The translations under genes and the position numbers were made by a program. From NCBI GenBank assembly GCA_001244265.2, contig CDLV01000010.1:806001-870000 (forward strand): 64,000 nt of DNA. Direction: 5' to 3'. The notes beneath the pieces were generated by a model, which did not search any database, had not been told where the DNA came from, and was given only the letters and a program-made list of their open reading frames with translations. Shown one piece after another: positions 14,006 to 25,525 of the stretch; the stretch's first letter is position 1; each line of letters begins with the position of its first letter. Source of the stretch: Microbotryum violaceum. Its lineage: Eukaryota.

Positions 14006-15158
14006 TCACAGGTCGAGTTGTTGCCTAACGTGTTGGCGAATCATGTCGTCGTACGCCTCGCGGTTGTCTCGGTAAAGTTTCTGGAGAGGGAAAAATGATG
14101 GACTGTTAGTATCGTATCGAGTGACAGAGTGCGTGAGAAGGAGAGAACTTGCACATGCGTCAATGTTGGCGCCGGACTCGATATTCGGTTCTGCGAGTGG
14201 AAAACCCAGATCAGTCTCTGCTAGCTCGGATCAATGTGCTTTGGTGGAAATTGGACGTACCTGCGAGCATGCTGATGACGGACAAGAGGATCTTTTCGAC
14301 GGATTGGACGGGGGACCATCGTTCGGACGAAGACTCGTACGCGTTGGGGTCGTCGCCGGGGGAGTGGAGAATCGAGATGCAGACATCTCCCGAGGCATAG
14401 ACTGGGGGAGGGGACGACGATGCCGGTTTAGGTCAATGGGTGATTCAATAGGATACGAAGACTTCAACTGACTATTGGGGTGGAACAAGGGTGGTGTGAA
14501 CTTCATCTATGGGCTCCGAAAGAATGACCCGAATGCCAAGTCGGAGTTTCGGGGCCGTTGAACAAAGGCAGCAGAGGCGGCGCGTGACGACGAAGCACGT
14601 CCACGACAACAGGAGCGGAGAGCGGGGTAAAGGGGGATGCAGATCAGTCATCAGCTCATGGTGGTCGTGGTCAGCACTCGAGTGTGCCTGACGTGTTGCT
14701 CACCTTGGGCGGGCTGAGCGGGTAGTCGCGCGGGAAGGTCAATTCGGCCTCGAAGACGCCACCTTCGAACGGGGTTTCCGAAGGGCCTTGGATCAACGCG
14801 GACCAGATGAAAAAGTCGTTCTCCGAGATCGGGCCTGTGCGATCGCCGAGAGAGGGGTGATGAGTGAGGCACACCGATACGTGGGCAGCCGTGGTCGGGT
14901 GCGGCCGAGGCACGCGACTGGACGAGCCGATAGCAATGGCACTGAAAGGGGTGTATGGGACTTGCCCGCGGTGAACATGCTGTCCTCGTTCTCTGATGCG
15001 GTCAACTGCTTGTACTGTGGAGGCAATGGATGGGTCGATGGGTCAGGATAGCACGTGAGAGGCAAAAAGAGGTTGGGGTGTCTGTCGCGTCGTCGACTTG
15101 CCTCGGTCATGAGCCGCTTGAGTGCGGTGTTCATCGCTGATCGGTTGTTCGAGTTCAT
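14006..15158 (-). CDS. UBC7: Ubiquitin-conjugating enzyme E2, Ubc7/UBE2G type; 6 introns, 3 of them GC-AG
   Basis: [13 protein letters not shown]...[31 protein letters not shown]...[89 protein letters not shown]; includes the acidic loop of the Ubc7 type. Confidence 0.97.
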
Positions 15159-15438
15159 GATGAGGACTTTGAGTTGGAGACGGGCTGGATCGAACTGGTC
15201 AGGATCGCACGGAGATTGGAGAGATGAAGAGGCGAGGAGCGAAGTGCTGACCACGCGCGCTTGACTCTCGAGAGGTCCGAGCGCAACCGGGCCAGCAGTC
15301 GGCGAGCATCCCGCGAAGACAGACGGTCAGCTCAGCGCACAGCAGCAGGAGGCAGCAGTAGCCCCCTATCGCACCTATCGCAGCGGGTGGGGGGTAAGCG
15401 CTCTCTGACTTGGGTCGTACCGCACGCGCACCACGAGC

Positions 15439-18400
15439 ATGGCCACCAGCAGCGACCACCTCGCCGCCCTCGTACGATCCTACTCGGTCGAGGAGCACCC
15501 CTCGACGTCAACGATACCGACTCAGATCGCTCATGGTCAGTTGGGGTAGTGCACCTCGCCCACCCCGCTGCACTCGACCTCGGGAGCTCACTTGGCTGTT
15601 CGCGCGCGCTCCTTCCTCAACACACAGGTCTCGATCGGCAGCAGTACAAGCTGATCGAGCTGGTCAAGTCACTTAGGGAACTCCTCATTGCAGAGCACGA
15701 TTCTTCCCGAGCCAAAGGTCAGCTCCTTCAGCCCGTGCGAACACAGCTTGCGACGGAGCAGCCCACAAGAAACAGCATCAGGGCAACACTGCTCATGCAA
15801 ATGTGCTTTTGACCCTATTCGCACCAGGGGTTTCGCTCTTGTCTCGAGTCGTCGCTGAGATTGATCGTTCCAAGCTGGATCGACAGAGCAGTCAGTCTTC
15901 GCACTCGTCGACCACCCCACCTCCGCCAACTCTCGGCGCTGACCATGTGCGTCTCTCGTTCCCCCGCAGCCAACACCTTGACCACCTTCTTTGCCGACAA
16001 ATTATCCGACAAGCCTCTGCTGCTCTCCTGCGCATCCGCTCTCGCCGCATTGACCGAATCGCCGACGTTCGGCACTGGCGAAGGTGTTCAAGTCGCTCGA
16101 GCGTCAGTTGCAACACCCGCACCCGCCTCCATACTGCGCATTGACTTGGCAACTGACCCTACTCCCACTTCATCCATCAGACTGTTCGCCTCGATCGACC
16201 TGCAGACGTACCCGCAGGCGTCCCGCTTCGTCGTCTACCAGCTCGTCGATGCGCTCATGTCCCGCTCCCGACCGGCGCTCAAGCGACTCGGTCGCGAGTT
16301 CATCAAGGGCTACAGTCAGATGGTCGAGGGAGAAAAGGACCCGAGAAACCTCATGCTCAGCTTCAACCTCATCAAGGTCATCCTGCTCGAATTTGACCTC
16401 ACTGGCAGCATCGAGGTTGGTTTCCGGCAGTTCAAGGCTGAAACGAGTCGTCGGCGCCTCGCTAACATATTCAGCCACTTCACAGGACCTTTTCGACGTC
16501 ACATTCTGCTACTTTCCCATCACTTTCAATCCGCCCAAAGATGATCCGTATGGTATCACGAGCGAAGATCTGATAGTTGCACTGAGGTCAGTCGCAAGTG
16601 TTCTCTCAAGCTGCTCCTCCGAATGGATTGATTTCTTATCGTAGATTGCCTTGCTTCCAAAGGCACTGCTTATCAGCAACACCGTACTTTGGCAAGCTTG
16701 CGCTCCCGCTGTTCCTCGACAAGATGCAAGCTGCGAGTGAAAAGGCCAAGGTGGGTCCAGGCTTACGTTTCGGCTCCGATGATCGTTTTGGCTGACCCCT
16801 CCATGAGCCCGATTTCCATCAGCGACAAACGCTGCAAGCTCTCATCATCTGCTTCCCTATCTACGGAGCCGCTGTGTGTGGCGAATGGGCGGGTCGTTTC
16901 TCGGAGGCGCTCAGCATCGAGGTCAGTCCGATTAGTACATGTTGGTCGCCCCGGGTCCAAGTATTTACTTGTCTCGGTCCGACAGGTATTCCACGCGACG
17001 GACTCGAGCATGATGGAGTTAGCACTGGAGTGCCTTCGCGCACTTTATTCGACACTTTACCCCGACACTTCCCCCGTCTCGATCACGACCACCACAATAC
17101 AATCCGACGAAAAGGATGATGATGCCGAGATGCCAGCCGCCAATGCCGACGAGATTACGACATCGGCGCCGACAGGAGTAGAAGGTATTGCCATCAAGGT
17201 CGTACAAAACTCGCTCGACGAGCTCAGAGAGCCGGACAAGAGCAATGCCAAGCCCGCGGTCCAGATCCTCAACGCGCTCATCTGCAGCTCCGATCGACTT
17301 GCCGCATACGTGCTCTCCGTCACCGTCCCACAACTACTGAATCTCTACAAGGACCCCGACGAAATCGCTCTGCGAGCACCGACACTGGTTTGCCTTGCAG
17401 ATCTCTTGTCTTCACTTTCACCTCTCGAGTCGCCTGCGCCGCTCAACTCGACCGCACCGGCCGATGCTCCCATCTCATTCCCTCCTCCGACTTTGCCCCA
17501 TGCCGAAGGCGCCTCGCCACTCGAGCCCTTCCGAGATGAGCTTTTGTCGGTCTTGACGTCGGGGTCTCGGTCAGCCTCGTCGAGAGCCCCTGCTATGGAC
17601 GGTTTGGTTCGACTCGTTCGAGTTCCAGCGTTTCTCGCCCCACCTGAGGTCGAGTACTGCATCTCGGCGATCGACGACGTCTTGATCGGTGGAGCCGACG
17701 CCGAGCCATCCTCGTCCTTCACAGAGGACGACTATGAGAATGCGCTCGACGGCCTCGTCCTCCTCGCTGCACTGCATCCTCGCACGGTCGAATCGTCGAC
17801 GTTGCCTAAGCTGTTTGAGCGGTTACCGACAAGCGCTGAAACCGTTCCGTTCCACAGGAGTCCCAAATCGACACGGTACCGAAAAGCGCTCGAAGCTCTG
17901 GCCGCTTTGTGCGCCATGCATCCTGACCTCTTTGAAATTCTCTCGTTGAGACTACTGGCACGACTTGAAGGCATCAGCTCGACGCCGACACCGGAAGTTA
18001 CGCCTTCGGTCCTCTTGTATGCGCACCACCTCCTCACGACCCTCAAAGCCGTGCTCAAGACCAAAGTGGAGCGAGAAGATGACGACGTCGTCAAATATGT
18101 TGAAAAATTTGCCCCGCGGTTACTCGGCTTGTTCATCCTTCCGACTGTTGGGCCGTCGAGCGGGTTGAACGGTATCGTCACGGACGTACGGCTGTTGCAC
18201 GACGTGGCGGCGATCATCACTGTTATCGTACAACGATTGGATGCGGGTCGACAGATACGATTCGCCGCGGACGTTTCAGCTGCATTCCAGTCGGGTCAGC
18301 TCGAGGCGCTCTTGGGCGAGAGCGTCAAATCTGCACCGATGCAAGTCGCGTTCGACCCTCTCGGTAACGGACCCACAGCTCAACGAAACTTGATTTTGCT

Positions 18401-19609
18401 GTACACTGCCTCGCTCATACCTATTCGACCGGCGGTCAAGCTGTCCCCAGACCAAGACATTAACGACCTCGTCCGAGGCACCCTTCGACGATCAGTCCAA
18501 GCAGAGGATGAGATTCAACGAATCGCGAACTTGCATCTCCTCGGATCACTCGTCAACAAACGAGCACCCGAACTCGTTCCTTGCTTTGAGAAGGACCTGT
18601 CCACGATCTGGACCGACAATATCGAAGCGGGCCCAGCGTCGATTCGAGCGATCGCTTTACATGCGTGGTCGTGGATTGCGAAAGGTTTGGTCGTGCGATC
18701 GGAGCAAAGAGGCTATGATATGGTCTCGAAAATCGTGGAGCTGTTCGACGATGAGGTGCTGGGAAATGCGGCGGCGCAAGCTCTGGGCGTCATCGCGGAC
18801 GAGAGCGATCAGGTCTTATCCAAGGACAACTTTGCTGTGCTTCGGGTGAGTGTCCCCTCGGTGCGGGGTTTGGACGTGGTCCCGGGGCGTGTTCACTGAT
18901 AATCTTGTTGTGTCGCTACGTGCTCAGCTGCTGTACAAGCAACGCTTCTGCTCGTTCGTACTCCCCAAGATTGTGGCGGGACATGACGAAGCGTTGTGCA
19001 ACCCGAGCGTCTTGGCCGTCCACCTCGTCGCGCTCTCTGGCCTGCTCAACCACATCCCAAAACAATTGACGCTCACTGAACTGCCTCGGGTGAGTCTGAT
19101 TATCCATTCAGGATGAATCAAGCTCTTTCCCTCGGTGCTGATGGGTCTTCAACCTCACGCAGCTGTTGCCACTCCTCATCTCGGCCCTCGACCTCCCCGA
19201 CCCACTCTTACGAGCCAACGTCATCGACTCGTTGAAGACGCTGACGTTGGAAGAGACGTTGTCTGAGACGCTCGAGTTAAACATCCCTTCCATCGTAAAC
19301 AAGCTCATCAAATCGCTCGCGAATGAGATTGGGTCCATAAAGGAGTTGATCGTTAGTCCAAAAATTGGACCCTAGGCTAGGGTATCTACAGCATAACGCT
19401 GATCAATCTCACCTTTCCCCCTTCAGACATTGAGGTCCTCGTGCCTCTCCTTCCTCCAAGTCCTCCCCGCCCGAGTGCCCTACCACGTCCTCCACCCGCA
19501 AAAACCGATGGTGCTCAAGCAGTTGGCGCAAAGCGTTGACGACCCCAAGAAGCAGGTCAGGAAACTCGCCGTCGATTGTAGGAGCGCGTGGTTCACTTAT
19601 GCAGGGTGA
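15439..19609 (+). CDS. MMS19: MMS19/Met18 HEAT-repeat cytosolic Fe-S targeting factor; multi-intron
   Basis: EGEKDPRNLMLSF, DLFDVTFCYFPITFNPPKDDPYGIT, LLYKQRF and C-terminal DDPKKQVRKLAVDCRSAWF are MMS19 family motifs. Confidence 0.93.
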
Positions 19610-19760
19610 GGCAGGGTAGTAGGAGAATAGAATGTTGTTATTACAAACAATTGAAAGAACGAGAAGTGTGCGAAAGAGGGAAAGATCCGAAAGTCAGAAA
19701 GAAGGAAGAAGGAGGCATCGAATTAAACTACAGGATGGAGCGAGAGCATCGGGGAATTCT

Positions 19761-21999
19761 CTACTCTTTTGCCTTCTTGTCCTTCTTTTTCTTCTTACTC
19801 TTTTCCCCCTCCTCGACCTCGCCATCGTCCTCGGCCTTTCGCTTCTTCTTCTTGTCCTTCTCCTTCTTCTCCTCGTCCTCAGCGGCATCCCCATTCGCCT
19901 TGCCTTCCTTTGCCGCCTTTTTGGCCTCCTTCTTCAGCCTCTTCCTCTCCTTCTTGGCCTCCTCGTCCTCCTCCCCTTTTACAACGCGCTCATCCTCCTT
20001 CAACAGAACCTTCTCGTCCACAGCCATTTCCATCGGACCCGTCGCCGTCGCAGTAGGCAACAAGAGCGTATCCGCCGCATCGTTATACTTTGCCCCATTC
20101 CCCTTCATCTCAAACTTGGACTGTTGCGCCCCCGTCTTGCTCAACGAACGCAAGGACGTGTGCCCTATACCTTGTTCGAGCAAACGGAGACGTGCTTCGA
20201 GTTTGACGCGGTTGTCGAATCCGATCGTGGCCGAATCGAGGGACGATTTCGAATCGGCGTCGGCGAGGGCGTCTAATCGGATCGAGAGTGCGGCTTTGGT
20301 TGCTACCATTCGTGCCATCTAGGTGCAGTGCAGGAGTGGGTCAGCGTCAGTACGGTTGTTCGGATATACGGCTCGTCGAGCATTCGGCGCAAGAACTAAC
20401 CTTCCCCTTAAGCTTTTGCGGTGCTTGGCCGACCAAGGAGGCGTGGAAAATGAGACCGTACTTGGGAGTATCGTGCTTGGTCTTGAGCGCCCTGAACAAG
20501 GCTTTCTCCGCGCCCAAGATCTGCACGGTCGACGCCGGGTGCTTCGCGAGCGACAAGAGCGAACCGGCGTGGGCGATCAACCTCGCGCCGACGAGTTCAC
20601 CGACGAGCGCGGTCAAGTTGGGTGCGATCGCAGCCATGCGGTTGCGCAGGTAGTCGAACAACTCGGAGCGGTACTGCGTGATCGAGATGACTTGGTCCGC
20701 GAGCAAGAGGATGTGGTTCAGATCGGTATCGGAAATTTCGGTACCCATCGAGATGGCCGCGGCGGACTTGAGCGTCTCCTCGAGTTCCTCGGGCAGGATC
20801 GCGGAAAAGTCGGTCGTGTTGTAGTTGGTGCGGAACCCCATGGCCTTGACAACCTTGGCGTAGGTGATGTTCTCGGAGACGATCTTGCCCATTTCGGGAA
20901 AGTGCCACCCGTACCATTCCTTGACCCTCATCGAGTAGATGTTGATCTCCTTGTCGAGGTCGTCGAGCAAGGCGATGGCCTGCACGATCATGGTGTCGAC
21001 CTTGTCGGGCGAGAACTTGAGCTTGTACCGCGACACCGAGTGGGAAAGACCGAGCTCCATGGTCGAGAGGTCCTTGGGGTCGATATCGCCGAGGAGGGTC
21101 GAGAGCTGTTGACGGATTCCTCGGTAGAGGTCGTTGACGGTCGAGTCGGAGATGACGGACAGTTCGAGCTTCTTGGCGATGGCACCGGCTGGAGGGAGGA
21201 GGCAGGATGGGATCGTCAGTCTTTGCGTAGAGGCTTCTTGGGCTAGGAACCGAGGGCCGCTTACCGAGCTTGGGTTCAGCGACGGCGAGCTTCTCGGACT
21301 TGAGCTTCTTGTTGCCGGTGATCTCGTCGGTAAGGAACTTTTTCAGCGCCTTGGACACCTTGCCCTCTCCGATCGAGGTCATGTCCTCGACAGCACTGGC
21401 GGTGGAGGTGTAGCGGTGGATTGCCTGCAACTTGACCCTGTGCGAGGGAGAAGGTCGAGGAGGGAATTAGGACTTAAAGTTAGTCTGCTTGTGTTTGAAG
21501 ATGGGGTTGATGTTGTGGTTGGTTGCATCGGATGGTCGGGGCGGAGGAAGTGTCGGGTCGAAAAGACGCGGGCGGCGGGCGGGCGGACCGGGGAGAGCGG
21601 CGCGGAGGACGACGCATACACTAGACTTTCATGTCAAGTGGGGGTGTGGCATGAAGAATCGACAATCCAGCCGTCATCGCGGTGGCGGCCGAGCTAGGGA
21701 GCTGAGGGTCGTCGTGGTCCGTGCCGAGTGCTGGTGGCGGCTGGCTGCTGCGACGAAGCTTTTGCGAAGTGTCGACTTCGGCCCTGAGCCTGAGCCTGAC
21801 GCCGGGCTGGAGCCATTTCACCGCCGCCAAGGTGTGGTCGACCACAGTCATCACAGCCAACACGGCCCGGTACGGCCACTCACAGGTTGGAAGCCGACTC
21901 GGGGTCATCGAACTGCTTGTACAGCTGCTTGTCGTCGAGCTTGCCGTCCTTGATCTTGAACAGCGCCAACCCGACCGACGATTCAAACAGCACCAACAT
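19761..21999 (-). CDS. NOP58: Box C/D snoRNP core protein Nop58; introns 21438-21883, ~21188-21265, ~20322-20400
   Basis: [15 protein letters not shown]..., [93 protein letters not shown]-rich tail. Confidence 0.97.
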
Positions 22000-22561
22000 C
22001 GCGACGAGGAGTTGTGCAAGAGTCTGGCTGGGTAGAGGTGGAGATCACTTGAATAGAGGCGACGGCGACGGAGCGGAAGATGGCGAGGCGAGCTCGAGGA
22101 TTCGAGGGGTGGGTGGTAAGCACGAGTACAAGTCGACGGCGGCCACCGCGCGAAGCTCGTCCGGGCGGGGCCATTCACGCGAACGATGGCCCCCTGCGGA
22201 CTGGGCCATACGGGTTGGGCCTTCGCCGGCCAACGCTAGCCGACGCTTACTGCTGCTAGCTGGCGGCGGTCTTGCACCGATAACTTTGTGAACCTCGGCA
22301 CCATGTACAATATCCAGCAGCTCGGTTCAGAACACTAACACGTCCACTCCCTTGCCTGACTCGACCGAGCCTAGTCAGAAGAAAATCCTCGGGCCCGAAG
22401 CCGACTGACTGCGAAAACTTGCCGCACCCTCCGAGATCATGGTACAGCAACGAGTGAGGCTCGCCTCATGCTGAACCCGAGGACCCATCCACTTTCGCCC
22501 TTGAACTTATCATCGTACGCAACGGCGAGCCCGACAATTCTTCCTGGCCGGCCCCAGCGCC

Positions 22562-22593
22562 TCGAGGTTCACCGTCGAGGTTCACCGTTCACC
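22562..22593. repeat. Short tandem duplication (TCGAGGTTCACCG x2 plus partial copy)
   Basis: tcgaggttcaccg tcgaggttcaccg ttcacc, read directly. Confidence 0.8.
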
Positions 22594-24101
22594 AAATAGG
22601 GGCGCTCCCCTGGCGATCCCTGCGAACGTCGAGCGGGAAAGTCTCAAAAATGCGTCGTTTCGCTTCTCACATTCCACCAAATCACCACCGGTCTACTTAT
22701 ACAAACGGGACCATAACAAGATTTTTGTTTGCCTCGCATGCAATCGCCATGCTAGTCATGGCGTTCGGAAGGGACGCGGCTCGCAGCACGCCGACGCCGA
22801 ATCAGAATTACTCGAGGACTTAGCCACCACAAGCGAGTAGGGAGGCATATTCAGACAACAGACACCGGATTAGGTCAAATTACAGGTACAATCTAACACG
22901 CTACTGAACGAAGCGAGTTGGAACGAGGTAGGTTTGCGAACTTGAAGTCTATTCAGGTCACGTCATGCTCTGAAGGAATCACCTGCGGCGCGGCGCGTCG
23001 TACCGGACGAGCGTTTCAAAGCGCCTAGACCAGACCTTCAAACTGGCGGCGGAAGCGTGTATACTCGTCGACTACTTGGATCGGGTAGTCCCGGTTGGAC
23101 GAGGGTGCTCCCAAGGGGCGTGGTAGTCTCGGGAGAGTGTGAATTTCTGTCGGTGGAGGGGTCGACAGCCGTGAATGCCGGTGCCACCCTGACGAGCGCC
23201 AAGATGGTTTGGGGGGCCGTGAGAATTCTCGACACTGCTGGTGTTTCCCTATCACCCATACGCCCGGGTCTTGAGGGTCAGACGCCCGATAGAACCTCAC
23301 ACGCACACGTTTGGGGAAGGAGCAAAGTGGATCGACCTACCGTGCCAGCGCCGACCTCGTCCGTCGCCATCTCAATCGCGGTGTAACCCGATGAGGTAGC
23401 CTGCCTCGAGCCGTCTTGACCCTGACTCACCGATGGTTACTGTGCCGCTGTAGGGAGCTGTCGGTCGTGCTGAGTGCTGCTTCCTTGACCCGTGGGTTGC
23501 CGATAGTCGCGGGGGTTCCGGTCTGAATCACACACAATACCGGGCCAAGACCTGAGGATTAAATTTCGGAAACGGCCTCACACTGCAGTGGAGAAGGAAC
23601 AAAGTAGATCAACTTACAGTCTCAACAACTTCATCAGCCGACATGTCAATCCCGGGCTTAGGACGCTTTTCGGAGCCGCGTTGGTCCGACGGTTGCTGCA
23701 GCGACAATCCAGGATCTTGCTCAGCCTGGTCCTGCACATCGAGAGTACTGGGTCAGTTTGTTAGGTCGAGCTGAAGAGTATCGAGTGTGAGAGAGAGGGA
23801 GCTTGACGTCAACCACCTCAGGCTGGTAACACTTGGCGACGATGAGGACTGTCAATAGAATCGACGAAAACACTCGAGGGTGCCGGGCGGGATCCCATTT
23901 GAAATGTTCGTACAGATAGAAGCCTGTAAAGCCTTCAACAATGATGATCATGAACAATATGCCTGCGCTGGCGTGCGTTGGCGTGCGTGAGTAAGTATAA
24001 CAATCGCGAGGGCCTCAGCAACTTGGGAGCACATCAGCCACGATGCCTCCGATCGAGCTGCGAACATACCGACGCTGGAGGACGCTGGCGAGGACTGTGC
24101 G

Positions 24102-24459
24102 ACTGACTCCCGACTTTGGCACCCCACTAACCTCCTCTCCGAATCCTCCAACACGCGTCGCTCCACCCCATATCGGAATCGGATGCACAAACCCAAGCAA
24201 AACTTCTGGGAACCCCGGCAAAAACCATCTCTAGCAACTCCACTGCTGGCAAAGACAACCTCCGCGCAACGGGGCTTTGCCAGGACTTGCGTTGCTGGAA
24301 AAGGTCTTGATGGGATTTTCCAAAGCTTTGTTCCGGTTTATACACCCGGTTCCGCCATATCGATTTCGTGAAGATGCCGCGGTCGCGACATGGGGTGGTG
24401 CGACGCGTGTCGGAGGTGTCGGAAAGGAGGTTAGTGGGGTGCCAAAGTCGGGAGTCAGT
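24102..24459. repeat. Long inverted repeat / fold-back hairpin
   Basis: 24102-24175 matches the reverse complement of 24386-24459 at 68/74, with a perfect 35-bp core (24102-24136 / 24425-24459). Degenerate pairing continues inward to a ~20-nt loop near 24255-24274. Confidence 0.95.
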
Positions 24460-25525
24460 TTGTCGATCGCCAGCAGGCGACCAGGCGTATCGACTAAGGC
24501 ACGGGGCCAGCAGCGAGTTGCTCAAATGTGTCTGAGGGTAGTGGTACGGGCGGTTGAAGAGGCGAAGAGGCTTCGAGTGAGAAAGACCGGGCATACGAAG
24601 GCGGGAAAACGCGGGGTGCGTGGCCGGAGAAAGAGCGATCCAAAGACGCCGAGCAAGCGGGAAGCCGACTGTGCCAGAGACTTGCGTTCGTGAGGCACTT
24701 CACGCAAAATGTGGACCGATTATTGACCTGGGATTGGTCCGGGGACGCGAGTTGTTGACCTTGTTTGAGGGATCCCAGGGAGAGGAGGTGGGCGGTATCT
24801 CGGCATCCGAGTGCAGACTGAGCAAACCTTGCGCATGACCTTGCACCACGAGTCCCAGCGTTGCGCGGGGAAAGTGAAGATCTTTTGATGTCGTTTGGGG
24901 ACAATAAGGGCGTATAGGAAGGTGTGGTGGCATTGGACGCGTTCGCAACCGAGAACGGAGTTATCACCTCGCTGAGACGGTCACTGGGGCCTCGGAAGAG
25001 CTTCGGGTTCACGGATAGTTGAATTCCGTGGCCCGCTGTGAAAATGAGTACGTGGTTGGCCCATCGCTCGAGGTAATGAGCCTTGGGGAGTTCCGGGGTT
25101 GGCGGTTTGGGGGGCTGAGCGTCGTTGCCGACGCCCAGGCTTCGAAGTAGCGGACCCAGGGGCCAGCGCTCCAGCCTTGAGGCAGCAGTTCCCTCGTCTC
25201 CTTACGCTCCCGGCGGCCCGGGATGTCGGCGTCCAGGATTTCAAGTGGGGAGTAGTGGCACAGTCCGGGAATAAACGGTGACAGATGCCGGAGACAGAGC
25301 GTGTATTCGAGACAGGCCTTGTCCTTGGGCGAACAAGCATTGGCGACGCAGCTTGAATACTAGTGTGTAACAGGAGAAAGAGGTCCAAGCGCAATCTGGC
25401 CGCAGACTTTGGCAGACTTTGGCGCGCGCTGCATGCCCCCCCTCCCAGCCAAGCAGTTGCGCGCTGATGACCCTCCTTCCCGTCCATCACCCGACGCGAA
25501 CCACCTCCACCCCCCACCGTCGATC

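Noticed and set aside
19588-21246. Long antisense ORFs over NOP58 (also over ACC1, SMC2 and MET13)
   Set aside because: Shadow frames expected from GC-rich codon usage and low-complexity K/E tails; no independent protein features.
24015-24693. Paired ORFs on opposite strands sharing WGGATRVGG...SGVPKSGVS
   Set aside because: A direct consequence of the inverted repeat, not evidence of duplicated protein genes.
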